Assembly (NCBI RefSeq): GCF_000143415.4
Contig: NW_003314330.1
Location: 774,089 to 838,088 of the forward strand
From: Selaginella moellendorffii
Lineage: Eukaryota > Plantae > Lycopodiophyta
DNA length: 64,000 bases
Direction of reading: 5' to 3'
The translations under genes were made by a program, and so were the position numbers. Positions 10,139-23,000 of this stretch are shown here, piece by piece. Numbering within the stretch: the first letter of the stretch is position 1; the number at the start of each line of letters is the position of its first letter. The notes beneath the pieces were generated by a model. It searched no databases. It was not told the origin of the DNA and was given only the letters and a program-made list of their open reading frames with translations.

Positions 10139-12032
10139 TCAAACCAGTAATGGCTTGCACGTAGAAACCTGTTTGTTCTTCCTGTGAGTCACTGCTGCTG
10201 TGAAGTTCGAGTGAAAAAGCTTTTCAAGCCGGCAGGAATGAGCTCCAACGAGTTCCGTGACTTGAGGCTCGTCTCGCGGCACAATCGCGTAGTCATCCCC
10301 ATACTCGTCAAGGCCCTCTTCCAGGAGTTGCCAGAGCATTGCCCCGGCACACGCTTCTCCGTTTCGTGCCGAGTCGAAGGCCGCGTCATACATTGCCTTT
10401 AAGAGCTCAAGCCGGTGTCTCGTGCTAGATTTCGTTTTGAGCCCAAATTCTGTGACCAGCACCGGCTTTTGCAATCTCAAAGCACCGTCTTGGACGTGCG
10501 TATCAACCCATTTAGAGAAGCCTTTGAGCTGTTCCTCGAAGCTCACCTCGGGCATCCTGAAAAAAGCAGGCTACGTGAAACTCTGATCAAAGAAAAAGAG
10601 AGACAGTCTCACCATATATCCGGATATGCATGAATCGAAGCGAAATCTATAGTCGAGAGAAGGTGGTTGCGTATGAAATCCGAGCCAAGGAAATCCGCCC
10701 AGTGTCCTGGATTGGCTACTAAGCTGTCGGGACTCCAACTATTGTAGAATCCTTCCAGTCCAACAGTTAGCAGGTGCTTGCTGTCCAGGGACTTGACGTA
10801 CACGGACATTTCTTCGATCCAAGTCTGCGTCCAAAACTCTAGTATTTTAAGTGAAACTTTGCAAAAGTAAAGAACCTGTAGTGTGTTTCCCGAGGGATCA
10901 ATGATGCAGCGTGGTTCGTTCATGAGCTCCCATGCGAAGATGGCTGGCTCGTCTTTGTAGGCCACCCCGGTAATGCTGTTCACTCTTGTTAGTATTTTCT
11001 GCCACAAGGAAAAACAACAAGATCTCAACGAAACGACTGGCTGCATTGATCTACCTTGACGTGAGATTTGTAGTAGTCTTTGATGGTTGGATCGGAGAAG
11101 AAAGTGTCGTTGCTATAGCCGACGTCGGCACTGGCTTGACGAGCCCAGTAAACGTACTGTCCTTTGCCACCGAATGCTTCCAGATTATTTGTCAGGCTTA
11201 GCAACAACCTGATGTTGCGACGACGGGCTTCAACGATTACATAATCCAGAGCCTGCCACAAGACAAAGAAGACTTAGAACACTTCTCTTCAAAAGAAAAA
11301 AGAAAAAAGTTTTCAATGTAGAAAAACCAAAAACGATCCTAAGAGGGAGAAGAAGAAGTGTTCAGTAGGACAATTCTCTTGAAATGAAAAGAAACACTTC
11401 TATGACGAAAATCCATCCTAAGAAGGAGAAGAAAGAAAGTGCTATGAAAAAAAACCAAAACGAAGCATCCATCCTAAGAACAAGAAGAGGAAGAAAAGAT
11501 CAACTTAGAACACTTATCTTGAAATGCAAAGAAACACTTCTATGACGAAAAATCCATCCTAAGAAGAAGAAGAAAAGCTATAAGAAGAAGAAGAAAATCT
11601 CAGGAGCTACTTAAAACACTTTTCTAGGTAGAAAAAAGAGAAAAAGAAACTTCTAAAGAGCAGCACTACCTATAGTACCTTGAAAACGTCCTCGTCGTAG
11701 TGGCCAGGAGATCTTTGCAATGCATGGTAGCCAGCATCGTTGAAAGCCCAAGTTCTCACAAGGTTGAGCCCCATGCCGGCTCCATCGTCGAGGATGGATC
11801 TCACATTGGACCGGCTGAGCCACTCCACCGCCTCGCTCATCATCCAGTAGGAATTCCAGCCATTGATGTAGAAAGGCCGGCCATCCACAAAGAACTGCGT
11901 GCCATCCCTTCGCACAAACCCCATCTCCGGGAGCTTGATGGGCAGCCGGATATTGCCATTGAGGATGAGGTATCCAATCCCTATAATCCCCAGGATCGCA
12001 ATCGCTGTGTAGCTCGCATAGTTGTTTACCAT
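10139..12032 (-). CDS. MAN: Endo-1,4-beta-mannanase (GH5 subfamily 7); exons 12032-11679, 11252-11055, 10998-10876, 10824-10613, 10556-10139
   Basis: [32 protein letters not shown] (acid/base Glu), HAYPDIW, VLVTEFG (nucleophile). N-terminal hydrophobic anchor. Four in-frame GT-AG introns. The last exon end is uncertain. Confidence 0.93.
11273..11655. repeat. Degenerate purine-rich tandem repeat in mannanase intron 1
   Basis: TCTTGAAATGxAAAGAAACACTTCTATGACGAAAA(A)TCCATCCTAAGAA at about 11377 and 11517. ATCCTAAGA occurs four times. Confidence 0.75.
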
Positions 12033-12439
12033 GCTCGATCCACCGATCTAGCCCCCGGAATCTGAGAGCTCAAGAGCTGGAATCCAAAGCTCTTGATCGA
12101 CCTGCAATACCTGGCCGCGCTTTGTAGAATTCCCTTCCCGGAGAGATGGCGACCTCGCAGCACACTCGCATTTGACTAGTAGAGAGATCGATCGATGCGC
12201 GAATGGATCGCGGACGAAAACTTCCCTCGCGATGTTACGTTTCATCAGCAATGAAGAGCGTACGATGACGGTGTTTAGTACGGAATATGAGGTCCAAGGC
12301 TCGATTCTCCTTAGCACAGCACTAGGGCAAGTGCAAAGTGGGTGGTCTTGGTTCGATTCCTGCGAGTAACAAGTAAATTTCTAGGGTTCTTCGTGAGGGA
12401 GCCGCAAGAGGTGAGTCCGCCGCCTCGCCGATTGATACA

Positions 12440-14337
12440 ATGGCAGGTCGGGGCAGGATGCGAGTCCCTCAGCAAGGAGTCGCAATCTTGCGGCCTCACG
12501 GCAGGGGCTCCATGGTCGTGCCGCCTCCGCCGATCATCGAGCAGAAGCTTGCGGCCCAGCACCTGGAAATCCAGCGCCTGCTGACCGAGAACCAGCGATT
12601 CGCGGCGACGCACGTCGCGCTGAGGCAGGATGTGGCGCAGCTCCGCCAGATTATCTCCCAGAACGACGCCAAGATGTCGGCATTGGAGAGGGAGCTGGAG
12701 CAGGCGAGGAGCGAAATCAAGACGGTGAATTCGCATCGCCAAGAGCTCCTCCTCCAGGCACAGCAGATGACACAGGATTTGCATCGCGCTCGATCGGATG
12801 CCCAGCAAATGGCCGTGATGAGGGCCGAGAATGACACGCTCCGCCAGGAGCTCCAGAGGCTCAAAGCTACTTACGAGCCAAGCAGTGGCAGTGCTGGCGG
12901 TGGTGGTGGCGGTGGTGGTGGCGGTGGTGGTGGAGTTTCTACTTCTGCTAGTGGCAAGGATCATCAAGAACAGCTCTCCAAGGAGGTGGAGAAGCTTCGC
13001 GCAGTGGCAGCATCAGTGAATTATCCAGTGGCTTCTTCCAGCGCTTCATACGTCGCCAATGGGAGTGTGGCCGCCACTCCTTCCAGCGCTCCTGTGGAGA
13101 CATGGACGACACACTACGCTCCAAATGGCTCTCTCTTCTACTACAACACAGTCACGGGTGTAACGCAGTGGGAGAAGCCGGCCTCGCTCGCCGCAAGCCA
13201 GGCCGGGCAGGAGCTTCATTCCAATCCACAAGCCGCGCTTCAGCAAACCATGCACCAAGTTCTCATCCAGCAGCATCAAGCTGCTGCCGCAGCCGCCGCC
13301 GCCGCCGCGTATCAGTTGAGTGGTCACTCCGCCACTCCGGGCCTCCAGCAATTCCCACAGCAGCTGCTCTACGCTCCTCAGCCATCCTCCCAGATCACAG
13401 GAGCTCCAGGACCAGGGACCTCGACCAACTTACCCGGTACAAGTCAGCCATCTACAAGCCAAAACCCGTTGTCATTCCTGGCGCGATCCTCAGGTGCGTC
13501 TTTTCTTGTTTTTGATTCTCTCTAAGCATCGACTTCAACCATTTTCAGGAGTCGTTAACCCTTCACTCAAGCCCGACGGTGTTTCTTCACGGCAATCTCC
13601 CTCAGCTGCTAACAGCCCCTCTAGGCCACAAGGTGAGTGCTTTCTGTGAGGATCTAGCTACTTCTCATCCTTTTCGTGTTTTTTCTTCTTTTTCCAGGTG
13701 CGACGTTGTCTGTGTATGGGATCTCTGCCGACTACCGGGACTCGGACTTGGTGGACCTATTCAAGCCTTACGGGAGTGTTTTATATGCCAAAGTCGCTAC
13801 CGCCAAAGAAATGGCTGCGGGCCAGCCGTGTGGTAAGCCAAGCCATTTTTTTCTGTTCTGTAGTTTCTTTTTTTCTCTGTCCTTCATTCATGCGAGCTTC
13901 CAGCTTCTCGACTTTCAGTGTTCTTCTATAGCCACTTTCGTGTCCGTCGTTCGCTTCGCTCTAGCTAGAAATGATCCGAGACGCTTACCTCTATCCGAGC
14001 TTGGCCAAAACCAACGAGCTTTTCCCTTTTTCCCTGACTTGGAAGAAGCCTCTCTCCTTGAAACAATTTCCTGCCAAGTGCTTGCAGTTCGTCCTCGTTA
14101 TTTACTTCTACAGTACCGATTGATCGCATCAGATTTCTTATTTCTCGTTTGTTTGCAAATCTCCGGTTTACCTCAGGAACTGTGACAATGGACACGAGAC
14201 GGTCTGCCGAGGCAGCCATGACTGCCATGAATGGAGTGTCGATCTCTGGCAGTGCACTTGAGATAAAACTCCAGCGTGACCAAGACGTTGATTTTCCTTC
14301 CAAACAGAAAAGTGGTGCTTATCGATCTTCTTACTAA
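12440..14337 (+). CDS. FLX-like coiled coil + WW domain + Q/A-rich low-complexity region + degenerate CELF/BRUNO-type RRM fusion; exons 12440-13493, 13549-13632, 13698-13832, 14177-14337
   Basis: EQKLAAQHLEIQRLLTENQRFAATHVALRQD (FLX family). WTTHYAPNGSLFYYNTVTGVTQWEKP (WW). PQGATLSVYGI...LFKPYGSVLYAKV...AAMTAMNGVSISGSALEIKLQRD (RRM3-like). All three introns are GT-AG, phase 1, and keep the frame. Confidence 0.85.
12896..12933 (+). repeat. (GGT/GGC)n microsatellite encoding poly-Gly linker
   Basis: Direct reading of sequence. Confidence 0.9.
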
Positions 14338-15799
14338 CGCTCGCGCGATTGTTTCTCTTTTAACTCTCTATATTTCTCTTTGCTCTTTCTGCGTCTCCGT
14401 TTTTCTTTTCTACGAAGCTAATCCGTTTATCCAGATTCTTTTGCTGCTCTAGTTTTGTGCAGGCCTTGCCTTCTCTATGATGTTTTTGCTGGTTTTTACA
14501 GGCTTTCCTTTGTGAAGTAAAGATTCACGTTGGTTTTTAACTTCCGTCTTCTATTAAAGACTCGGGCTCCTGTCCTTCGGCAAGTTGCCGGCTGCAAAAC
14601 TATAGGGAGACGATCCGTCATACCCTCTTGGAACCAGGGCTTCTAATGGAAGCTTGCCAACACCAGGAGATTCTACTTCTACATGGTTCCTAAGGTGGAT
14701 CGACCATCGTCATTTGCCGGAGTAATCCCTTGGGAAGTTGGATGAGTCATTTGTTTTGGGAGAGCCGAACTAGAGTACCTCCAAGTGAAGAGTGTACGTG
14801 TGAATTCAATACGTAACTCAAGATATGAAGCTATCCTTAGTGGATACTCTGGCTGTTCTCTGGGAAGTATAGTGTGCAGCCTTTTGGAATTGCACTTAAG
14901 TCAAGCCTGGACCGATCCATGAATGAAGCATTTGCCCATGTTCTTAGTTTGGCTTTCATTTAGTGAAGCAGTACCTCGTGCCAGCTGGTTGTTTTTCTAC
15001 TAGATTATTAATAAAATTTACCTGGAAAACGTACCACTTTGGGTCAAAAGCTTTTCATTATAAACCCTTAGTAATAAGTAAAACTGCATATTTATATAAG
15101 GGGTTTAGTTTATAGATCTTGGTTAGCCTGTTAAAGGCTAATTTGAAATTTACCTTTATATTAATTTTAGAGTATCTAAAATTTTTAATTAATCATAAGC
15201 CATTTTAAATTTTAACATTACCAATAAGATTAAATATAAAGAATCTTTAAATATTCTCTTATAATTCAAATAGACCTTACATTAATTATTCAAATTCGAG
15301 CTAAGTGCTATGCCTTAATTAAGCCCTTATCTAAATATGAAATGATCATATGAGATGAGTTCTTAAACAAACAATCACAAAAGTCATGAGTATTGAAGTT
15401 GACTCCTTTTAAAGCTTTAGAACTTTGGCTACCATGAGGGATAATATAACCCCAATCCCAATAGGGAGGAAGAGATTAGAAGAAATAGATAGCCAGATAA
15501 GCAAGGAATGGAATGAAGGATGGAGAGGAGAAGGAAGAAGTACAGAGAAGATAATAGCATGCCCTAAGCTCACGTTGTCCCTCCTTATAATTGGCATGAA
15601 GATTAAGCCGTTAACAAGCCATCCCTCCTTAAAACTTTGGTCCTCTGGAGTTGCGACTTCCCCACCAAGGTCATAGAATTGTTCATCCATCACCCAGGTA
15701 TCCTCATTGTAATCCAAGCCTTCCTAGCGTATTCTGTGCAATGGAAAATGAGGTCAATTCTTATCTATAGCTGATGTGTGATCTCAATCTTCCTTTAGC

Positions 15800-17850
15800 A
15801 CCAACTATCTCTCCTACAATCTTGACAAGAGGAAATATGCATTCATAAGGAAAGCCCTGAAAAAGTAAAAGAAATGGCCCAGTAGATGGATGGTGTTAAC
15901 TATAGATTGTTATGTATTACAGTGCTATCAAGGTTAATTGGGTTGTGCTTCAAGAAAAGCATAAGATGGTTCAAACATTTGATTGGAAACGTAAATGTAA
16001 CTTTGTCTATAAGAATCTTTTTACACCAATTTTCAATCAACTTTTAGATTTTCTAAGAAGGTTTGGTACATTATCCATGGCATCTTAAGAGCAACATTTT
16101 TTTGAAGAAAAGTGGAATGGGGGAATGACTCTACTCATAGCAACAAAGGAAGTTATAAGAAATACAAACATGTAATTCTAAACAAAGTATTGTTTAGGAG
16201 GTTTATAAAGACCTGTAGTGAAAAGCTGTTATACAAAACTAGAATGCTTGCTGATGGGACAATGTGTACTTCTATACCAAGAAGCAATATAAATAGAAAT
16301 TAATGTAGAGTTAATTAAAGTAACAAAAGAAGAAACCAATCAGTCCAATATTGTGAAGTATTTCAGTTTCTCAAAATGTGATGAGTGTATGGCAATCAAA
16401 ATAAAACTTTCAATAAATATATATATGAAAAAAGAAATAATTTAATTTCATATACAAAGAACATAGCATAATATGGACTAAAAAAGTTGTCACACTGCTT
16501 ATTATAGCAACAGGGTAATACCGATTGAACATCTAGAAAACTACCTTATCATCATTTATGACACGATGGACTGATTGAATTTATTCTAAAACCTAAGGAT
16601 ATTAAGTAGAAAATTACAGACACTTCTTTGTTCTATTGTAAATCAATTATTACTATTTCATCCTTATCCAAGTGCTTGTAGAGGCCAAAAACATCTACAT
16701 ATTTTGAATGAATCCTTCTCTATTTGAAGTCTAGGGAAAAGCTTTTATATCAAATGATTATGTTTTCAGTTTTGAGAAAACTCATCAAAAAGTTAGTGGT
16801 TTTCTCAATTGCAAGTGGTTTGCTATGAAACAACATTAGTAGATAACAAGTCTTATCTATCAATTTCCAATGAACTCAATTTCATACATTTGCCACTTCA
16901 CTTACTTCTTTAAATGGATAATGCTGGAATTGATAACAAAAATATATATATCATGGTATATTTATCTTTATTGGTGGTAAAATGTATATTCAAAATAATG
17001 ATATTAAGCTTGGGTACACTCATGAAGATATAGATGCTTTATTTAGTCATATCTTGAAATCACTTAAATAGGCAAGTTGGTTTACAACTCATACACCGTT
17101 TTTAAGAATGCATCTCTCAAAAAACACTTCCCAACTTCATAATATAAATTGCAGATTTCAAAGGATTTGTGAAGGGCTTTCTAAAAAACAAAAGACATTA
17201 TAATTTCATTTTAGAATATAGAATAAAAATTTAGTTATGCATTACAAGATGGGATAAAATATGGTTTCCAATTAAAAATATTGAGCTCTTAAAAAATGAC
17301 CAAGATGGAAACCCTCTTCTTCCTAAAAGTTTTTCACAACAACTTTTGTTTTAGTGAAAATTGAACTTAATAATAAGGAGATTGTTATTGGTATTAAAGC
17401 TTTTATGGATTTTTGGAGAAAACATCCATATGATTTAGCTATTGAAAATAACTATACCATAAAGTATTGACTAGTGGTTAATTAGCAGAAGAAAGTCAAA
17501 TATGAAATTACTAGTTCACATATGAAAACTTGATCAATTGCATGATGACTTCTAGCCTCTTCCTTGAATACAACCTTATTAATTAGATGATGTAATATTT
17601 GAAATCAATAACAATATAGAGGTACTTTAAAGTCTAAAATAGCACCAACATCATGCTTTCACTTTGCCAGAGCAATTTATAAACAATAAAAAAAAAAAAT
17701 TCGAGAGATGATTTATGGGGTTCAAATATAAAAAGATGATTTATGTTTGTGCACCCATAAATAAGAGTGCACCCCCTTTTTTAATTGGTTAAAGGTTTTA
17801 AAATAAACATCCTTAGGTTTGAATAATATTAGGTTATGCGAGAAGTCCAA
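15800..17850 (+). mobile_element. Degenerate DNA-transposon relic, DUF7869/Sola-like DDD transposase (boundaries approximate)
   Basis: Broken frames retain FSKCDECMAIK (about 16367-16400), IIIYDTMD (about 16548-16571), MDNAGIDNKNIYIMVYLSLLV (about 16914-16976) and GYTHEDIDALFS (about 17012-17047), matching the CxxC...IDxMD...DNxxxENKN...GHTHEDID pattern. Confidence 0.65.
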
Positions 17851-18552
17851 ACTCAAAAGCTTACATTTAGTATCAAAAGGGTCTCAGGTCTAACTCTATT
17901 TATTAGCTAAGGAATCGCACCACATATCAATTGACATTTGGTAGGTTTAATGTCGCGAATGTGACTTCAGGTATCGAAAGTTACTTATCAACTAGTCCTT
18001 ACAGACACTCTTACCTTATTGCCACGATGGCAGGAGGTTAGTATTGCTAGACCCTTTATTAGTCCTTTTTGTGTTAGTGGAGTTAATTGGGCATTTCGAG
18101 TGTATTTATACTGGACGAACATAAGGACAGAATTCCTACGTGTTATTAGCTAAGCATATTTAACCTGGTAAGGAGTTCCCATCTTGTTTTGTCTTGCACT
18201 TGCTAATGATAAGAACCCTTGTGTATTAAAATTAATCCCTCAATATCGCTACATGATAGCTTACTGTGTCTGCCAAACACCCTTACTATCATGCCTTTTG
18301 TGTTAGTTTCATTTCGGTCCCAAATGTTATTTATGGAAAGTGTTCAAATTTGCTCATTTGGCATATCTATGGAATGTAGAAATTGGTCTGAACACAATGG
18401 TGTTCATCCCATATCCAAATTCGCAATTTAGCGCCATTCCATATTTAATAAGTTTCGAGCTTGTCCCAGAGACTAACTTTTGATACTAAAGGAGGTTTGG
18501 GGTGAAAGCCCAAAGCGTGTGTTCCTCAAGGAGAGGGGGGGGGGGGGGGGGA

Positions 18553-19472
18553 TGTAACGCACCTGAATTTGGAGCCGAACTCCAAGCCCGTTGCGCTACA
18601 AAACGAGGGTCCGGGGCAAGCCCACGAGCACCAGCTCCCCGTATCCAGCACCTGCACGCAAAATGGTGTCAGACGGAGTCTGGCACAATTTTGGCATACC
18701 GGTGGCCTAACGCAAGGAGGAGGGTACTCCACTGACTAGAGCAGCGTGGAGCTTGGGCTTAGACCCAAGCCGGACGCAGAACAAGGAGCGACACAGCCCA
18801 GCGGGAGCCAAACTAATGTCTCAGGTGGTCGGACATGCATTCCAACCACTATCCCTACTATACATTTGGAACCCCCCACAGCCCCCCCCCCCTTGAGGAA
18901 CACACGCTTTGGGCTTTCACCCCAAGCCTCCCTTAGTACCAGGAGTTAGTCTCTGGGACAAGCTCGAAACTTACTAAATATGGAATGGCGCTAGATTGCG
19001 AATTTGGACACGGGACGAACACCATTGTGTTCAGGCCGACCTCTACATTCCGTAGATATGCCAAATGAGCAAATCTAAACACTTTCCATAAATAGCATTT
19101 GGGACCGAAATGAGACTAACACAAAGGGCATGATAGCGAGGGTGTTTGGCAGACACGGTAAGCTATCATCCGGCGTTATTGAGGGACTAATCTCAATACG
19201 CGAGGGTTCTTGTCACTAGCCAGTGCAAGACATAACGAGACGGGAACTCCTTACCGGGCTAAGTATGCTTAGCTAATAGCACGTAGGAATTCCGTCCTTA
19301 TGCTCGTCCGGTCTAAGTACACTCGAAATGCCCAGTTAACTCCACTAGCACAAGAGGGGCTACTAAAGGGATCCAACTGTACCGATCTCCTGCCGTCATG
19401 GCAGTAAGGAAAGAGTGTCCGTAAGGACTAGCCGACAAGTATCTTTCGATACCCGAAGTCACATTCGCGACA
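18553..19472 (-). repeat. 3' LTR of chromovirus (920 bp)
   Basis: Differs from 24988-25908 by 3 substitutions and one C in a homopolymer (manual comparison). Confidence 0.97.
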
Positions 19473-19492
19473 CTCTCCCCCCCTTAGGGAAG
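19473..19492 (-). promoter_or_regulatory. Polypurine tract
   Basis: Minus strand AAGGGGGGGAGAG abuts the 3' LTR. Confidence 0.9.
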
Positions 19493-20080
19493 ATCGACGT
19501 CCTCGTCGATGCATACCCGAGTCTAGCAAACCGTCAAGGAAACAACTGCGAAAGTTAACGGAAAGCACACTATGTGGGAAACACACCGACTTAAATGAGT
19601 TATGGAACGACCTCTCCTCTACGTCCAAAGACGTTAACACTCAGACACCCTCCGGCCGTCACCGACAAGGAAATGACTAGCAAAGTTAGCCACCCTTGCT
19701 GCTCCGAGTACCACTCGGCTTACAAAGGAATGATACATCCCTGCCCGCAGGGACATAGGGAGAGGGCCAGAGGCCCAACTTCCCCTGAGCAAGAAATCAA
19801 CCCCGTCGGGAAGATTTAGATAACTACTATAAACTGGCAGATTAAGTTGTTTACACGATCATGCCCCTTTTCGAAAATGAGTCATCGAGAGAGAGGCGGG
19901 GACTTGTGATCAGTCTATAATAGTTATCCCCATGGTTATGGATTGGACCCATGCACCGAAGTGCCGAAGTCAGCCTGCCAAAACTGACCCAAGTACTAAT
20001 GAACGAGAGAAACGACACTTTGATTTATAAAAATAGATTACTTTATTGATTTGCAAGATTTATTACAAGGTTTACAAAAG

Positions 20081-23000
20081 CTATGTTTTATTACTATTTT
20101 CATACTCCGTGACAAGCTCACGAGCATGTGTAAGATTACTAAGAGGTTCCCAAGTTGATTCACAAGTCGGGTAACCTTTCCACTTAACTAGATATTCCTT
20201 CGCACGAGCCCGTCTCCGGAACCGGGAATCCAATATAGTTTCGACTTCGTACTCAGGTTCACCATCCACAACATCTGGTGGTGGACGAATCTCCCCTTGA
20301 CGTGCAACATCCATAGTGTAAGGAGCCAATAGATTGGCATGAAATACATTATGAACATTGGACATCTCCGCAGGTAGGTCCAACCGATAGGATACATCAC
20401 CAATGCGTTTTAGCACCCGATAGGGTCCAACATATCTCGGCAAGAGCTTCCGAGACAAAGAACCCTTAATGTTCAAGTTTTGGGAAGATAGCCACACCTG
20501 ATCTCCCACTTGATAGGATACATCCCGACGATGCTGATCCTTATCACGTCGATACCTATCTTGAGCTTTGCCCATCGCCTCAGTTGCTCTAGACCAACCT
20601 TGACGTAGCTGCTCCGCATAAGTCTCAACGGCTGGGACCAACACCTCGGACATTGGTTTCGGTACAACAATCTGTTGAGGAACCCCACGAGCATTCCCTT
20701 GCAGCATCTCCCATGGAGAACAGCCTATAGCGCTGTGAAACGTGTTGTTATAACATATTTCTGCTGTATCCAAATGCTCAACCCAGTCGCGTTGGTCCGC
20801 CGCGACATAGTACCGCAGATAATCCTCAACTTGAGCATTTACACGTTCGGTCTGCCCATCAGTCTGAGGATGATAAGCCGTACTAAACTTTAACTTGGTA
20901 CCAAACAACTGGAACAGTGTGCCCCAAAACTTCCCCGTAAATCTTGAATCTCTATCCGAGATCATCACTTCAGGAAGACCACGAACCCGCACTACTTCAT
21001 GGAAAAAGAGCTTTGCTGCTTGTTTCGCATTCACTGTTCCCACAGTTGGAATGAAGTGTGCAATCTTCGACAATCGATCCACAACCACCATCAAAGTATC
21101 ATAACCCTTAGACTTCGGCAAGCAAGTGACGAAATCAAGTGTCACACTTTGAAATGGCCATGCCGGTGCTGGAATGCACTGCAACTTCCCAGCCTGCTTC
21201 TCAGCTTTGCGCTTACATTGCTGGCATATAGGGCAGGAACGGATATAGTCCGCTACATCACCTTCCATACCAGACCAGAAAAATCCCTTTTTCAACGAAG
21301 CTAGCGTTTTTCGCTGTCCACCATGTCCCGCTGCTGGAACATCATGATGTTCCCGCAAAAATAACTGCTGCAAATCCTTAGAGGGAAGATACAATCTTTC
21401 TTGCTTATAGAATATAAGCCCATCCCGAACTGAGAAGTGAAGTTTCGCATTAGTGCGACTAGCAACTTTCGCTGCTTCGCTACTAGGGCTCTGCTTCGAC
21501 AACTCCGCACGGCGTAAGATTGTCTTCGCCAATGGATCATTTCCATACGAAGCCCGAACATCTTCTAACCAGTCCGAACTGATTGCCGATATTGCCCGGA
21601 ATTGAGCTTGACGACTCAACGCATCCGGAACAATATTGTCTTTACCAGGTTTATATATGATTTCAATATCATATCTAGCAAGCTTTTCTTGCCAACGAGC
21701 CTGCTTCGGCGTAAGCTTAGGCTGCGTAGCAAAGTAGCTTAGTGTGTTACTATCTGTATAAACCTTGCTGTGTCCACCCAAGTAGTGTCTCCAGTGTTCC
21801 AGGGCCGACACTATAGCAAACATCTCTTTCTCATGCGTTGGCCATCTTCGTTGGGTTTCATCCAATTTCTTGGAATAGAACGCAACGGGACAACCATGTC
21901 GCCTTAGCGTAACACCAACCGCTTTGTCACAATCTTGCTGTAACACGGCACCAATAGCATATCCAGATGCATCACAATGCACTTCGAAGGGTTTATCAAG
22001 ATCTGGGATCCTGAGAACAGGAACCGTAGTCAAGATCTCCTTCAACCGTACAAAAGCACGCTGACAAGCTGGTGTCCAATGAAACGGAATGCTACTCTTC
22101 GTCAACTCAGTTAACGGAAGAGCAATCCTTGCAAAATTGCGGACAAACTTGCGATAGTATCCCGCCAAACCGAGAAAGGAACGAACATCTGATACAGTGG
22201 TCGGGATTTCCCAAGACTTCACCGCTTCCACTTTCTTTGGATCGACTTCAATCACGCCACCACCAACTATATGTCCGAGAAAGTTTACGCGCAATTGACC
22301 AAAAGCACATTTACTTTCCTTAGCATACAGTTTGTGTTCGCGCAACTTCTGAAACACCAGCTCCAAGTGTTTCAAATGATCCTCCAACGTTTCGCTGAAG
22401 ACTAGAACATCGTCGATGTATAGGACAACAAATGCGTCCAAATAATCTCCGAATATTCTATCCATCATAGTGCTGAACGTTGCCGGAGCATTGCATAACC
22501 CGAATGGCATGACAAGGAACTCATAAGATCCGTACCGAGTCTTAAAGGCTGTCTTCTCCACATCCTGATCCGCCACCCGTATCTGATGATACCCGGACCG
22601 CAAATCAAGTCGTGTAAAATACTTAGCCTTTAAGAGTTGGTCAAACAAGTCATCAATGCGAGGCAAAGGATAACTGTTCTTGACCGTGATCTTATTGAGT
22701 GCCCGATAGTCAATACACATCCTCATGGTTCCATCCTTTTTCATAACAAAAAGGATTGGTGCTCCATAAGGTGACTTGCTGGGTCGGATATGACCTTTGT
22801 CAAGAAGCTCCGTGAGTTGCTTCTTGAGTTCAGCCATCTCCTTGATGTTCAACCGATACGGAGCTTTCGTAGGTGGTTTAGAACCCGGAATAACCTCAAT
22901 CCGATGATCAACCTCACGGCTAGGGGGTAGCCTTGGTGGCAAATCCTTCGGGAAGATATCCTGATTCTGCGCCAACAACTCCAATATCTTCTTTGGTACA

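Noticed and set aside
9951-10160. Extra TM-encoding last exon of the mannanase
   Set aside because: A donor near 10168 exists, but the acceptor and frame cannot be decided from sequence.
14520-15000. Coding-like GC-balanced patch
   Set aside because: No open frame or recognisable motif.
18502-18949. Short ORFs repeated at 24877-25385
   Set aside because: Chance frames within LTRs.
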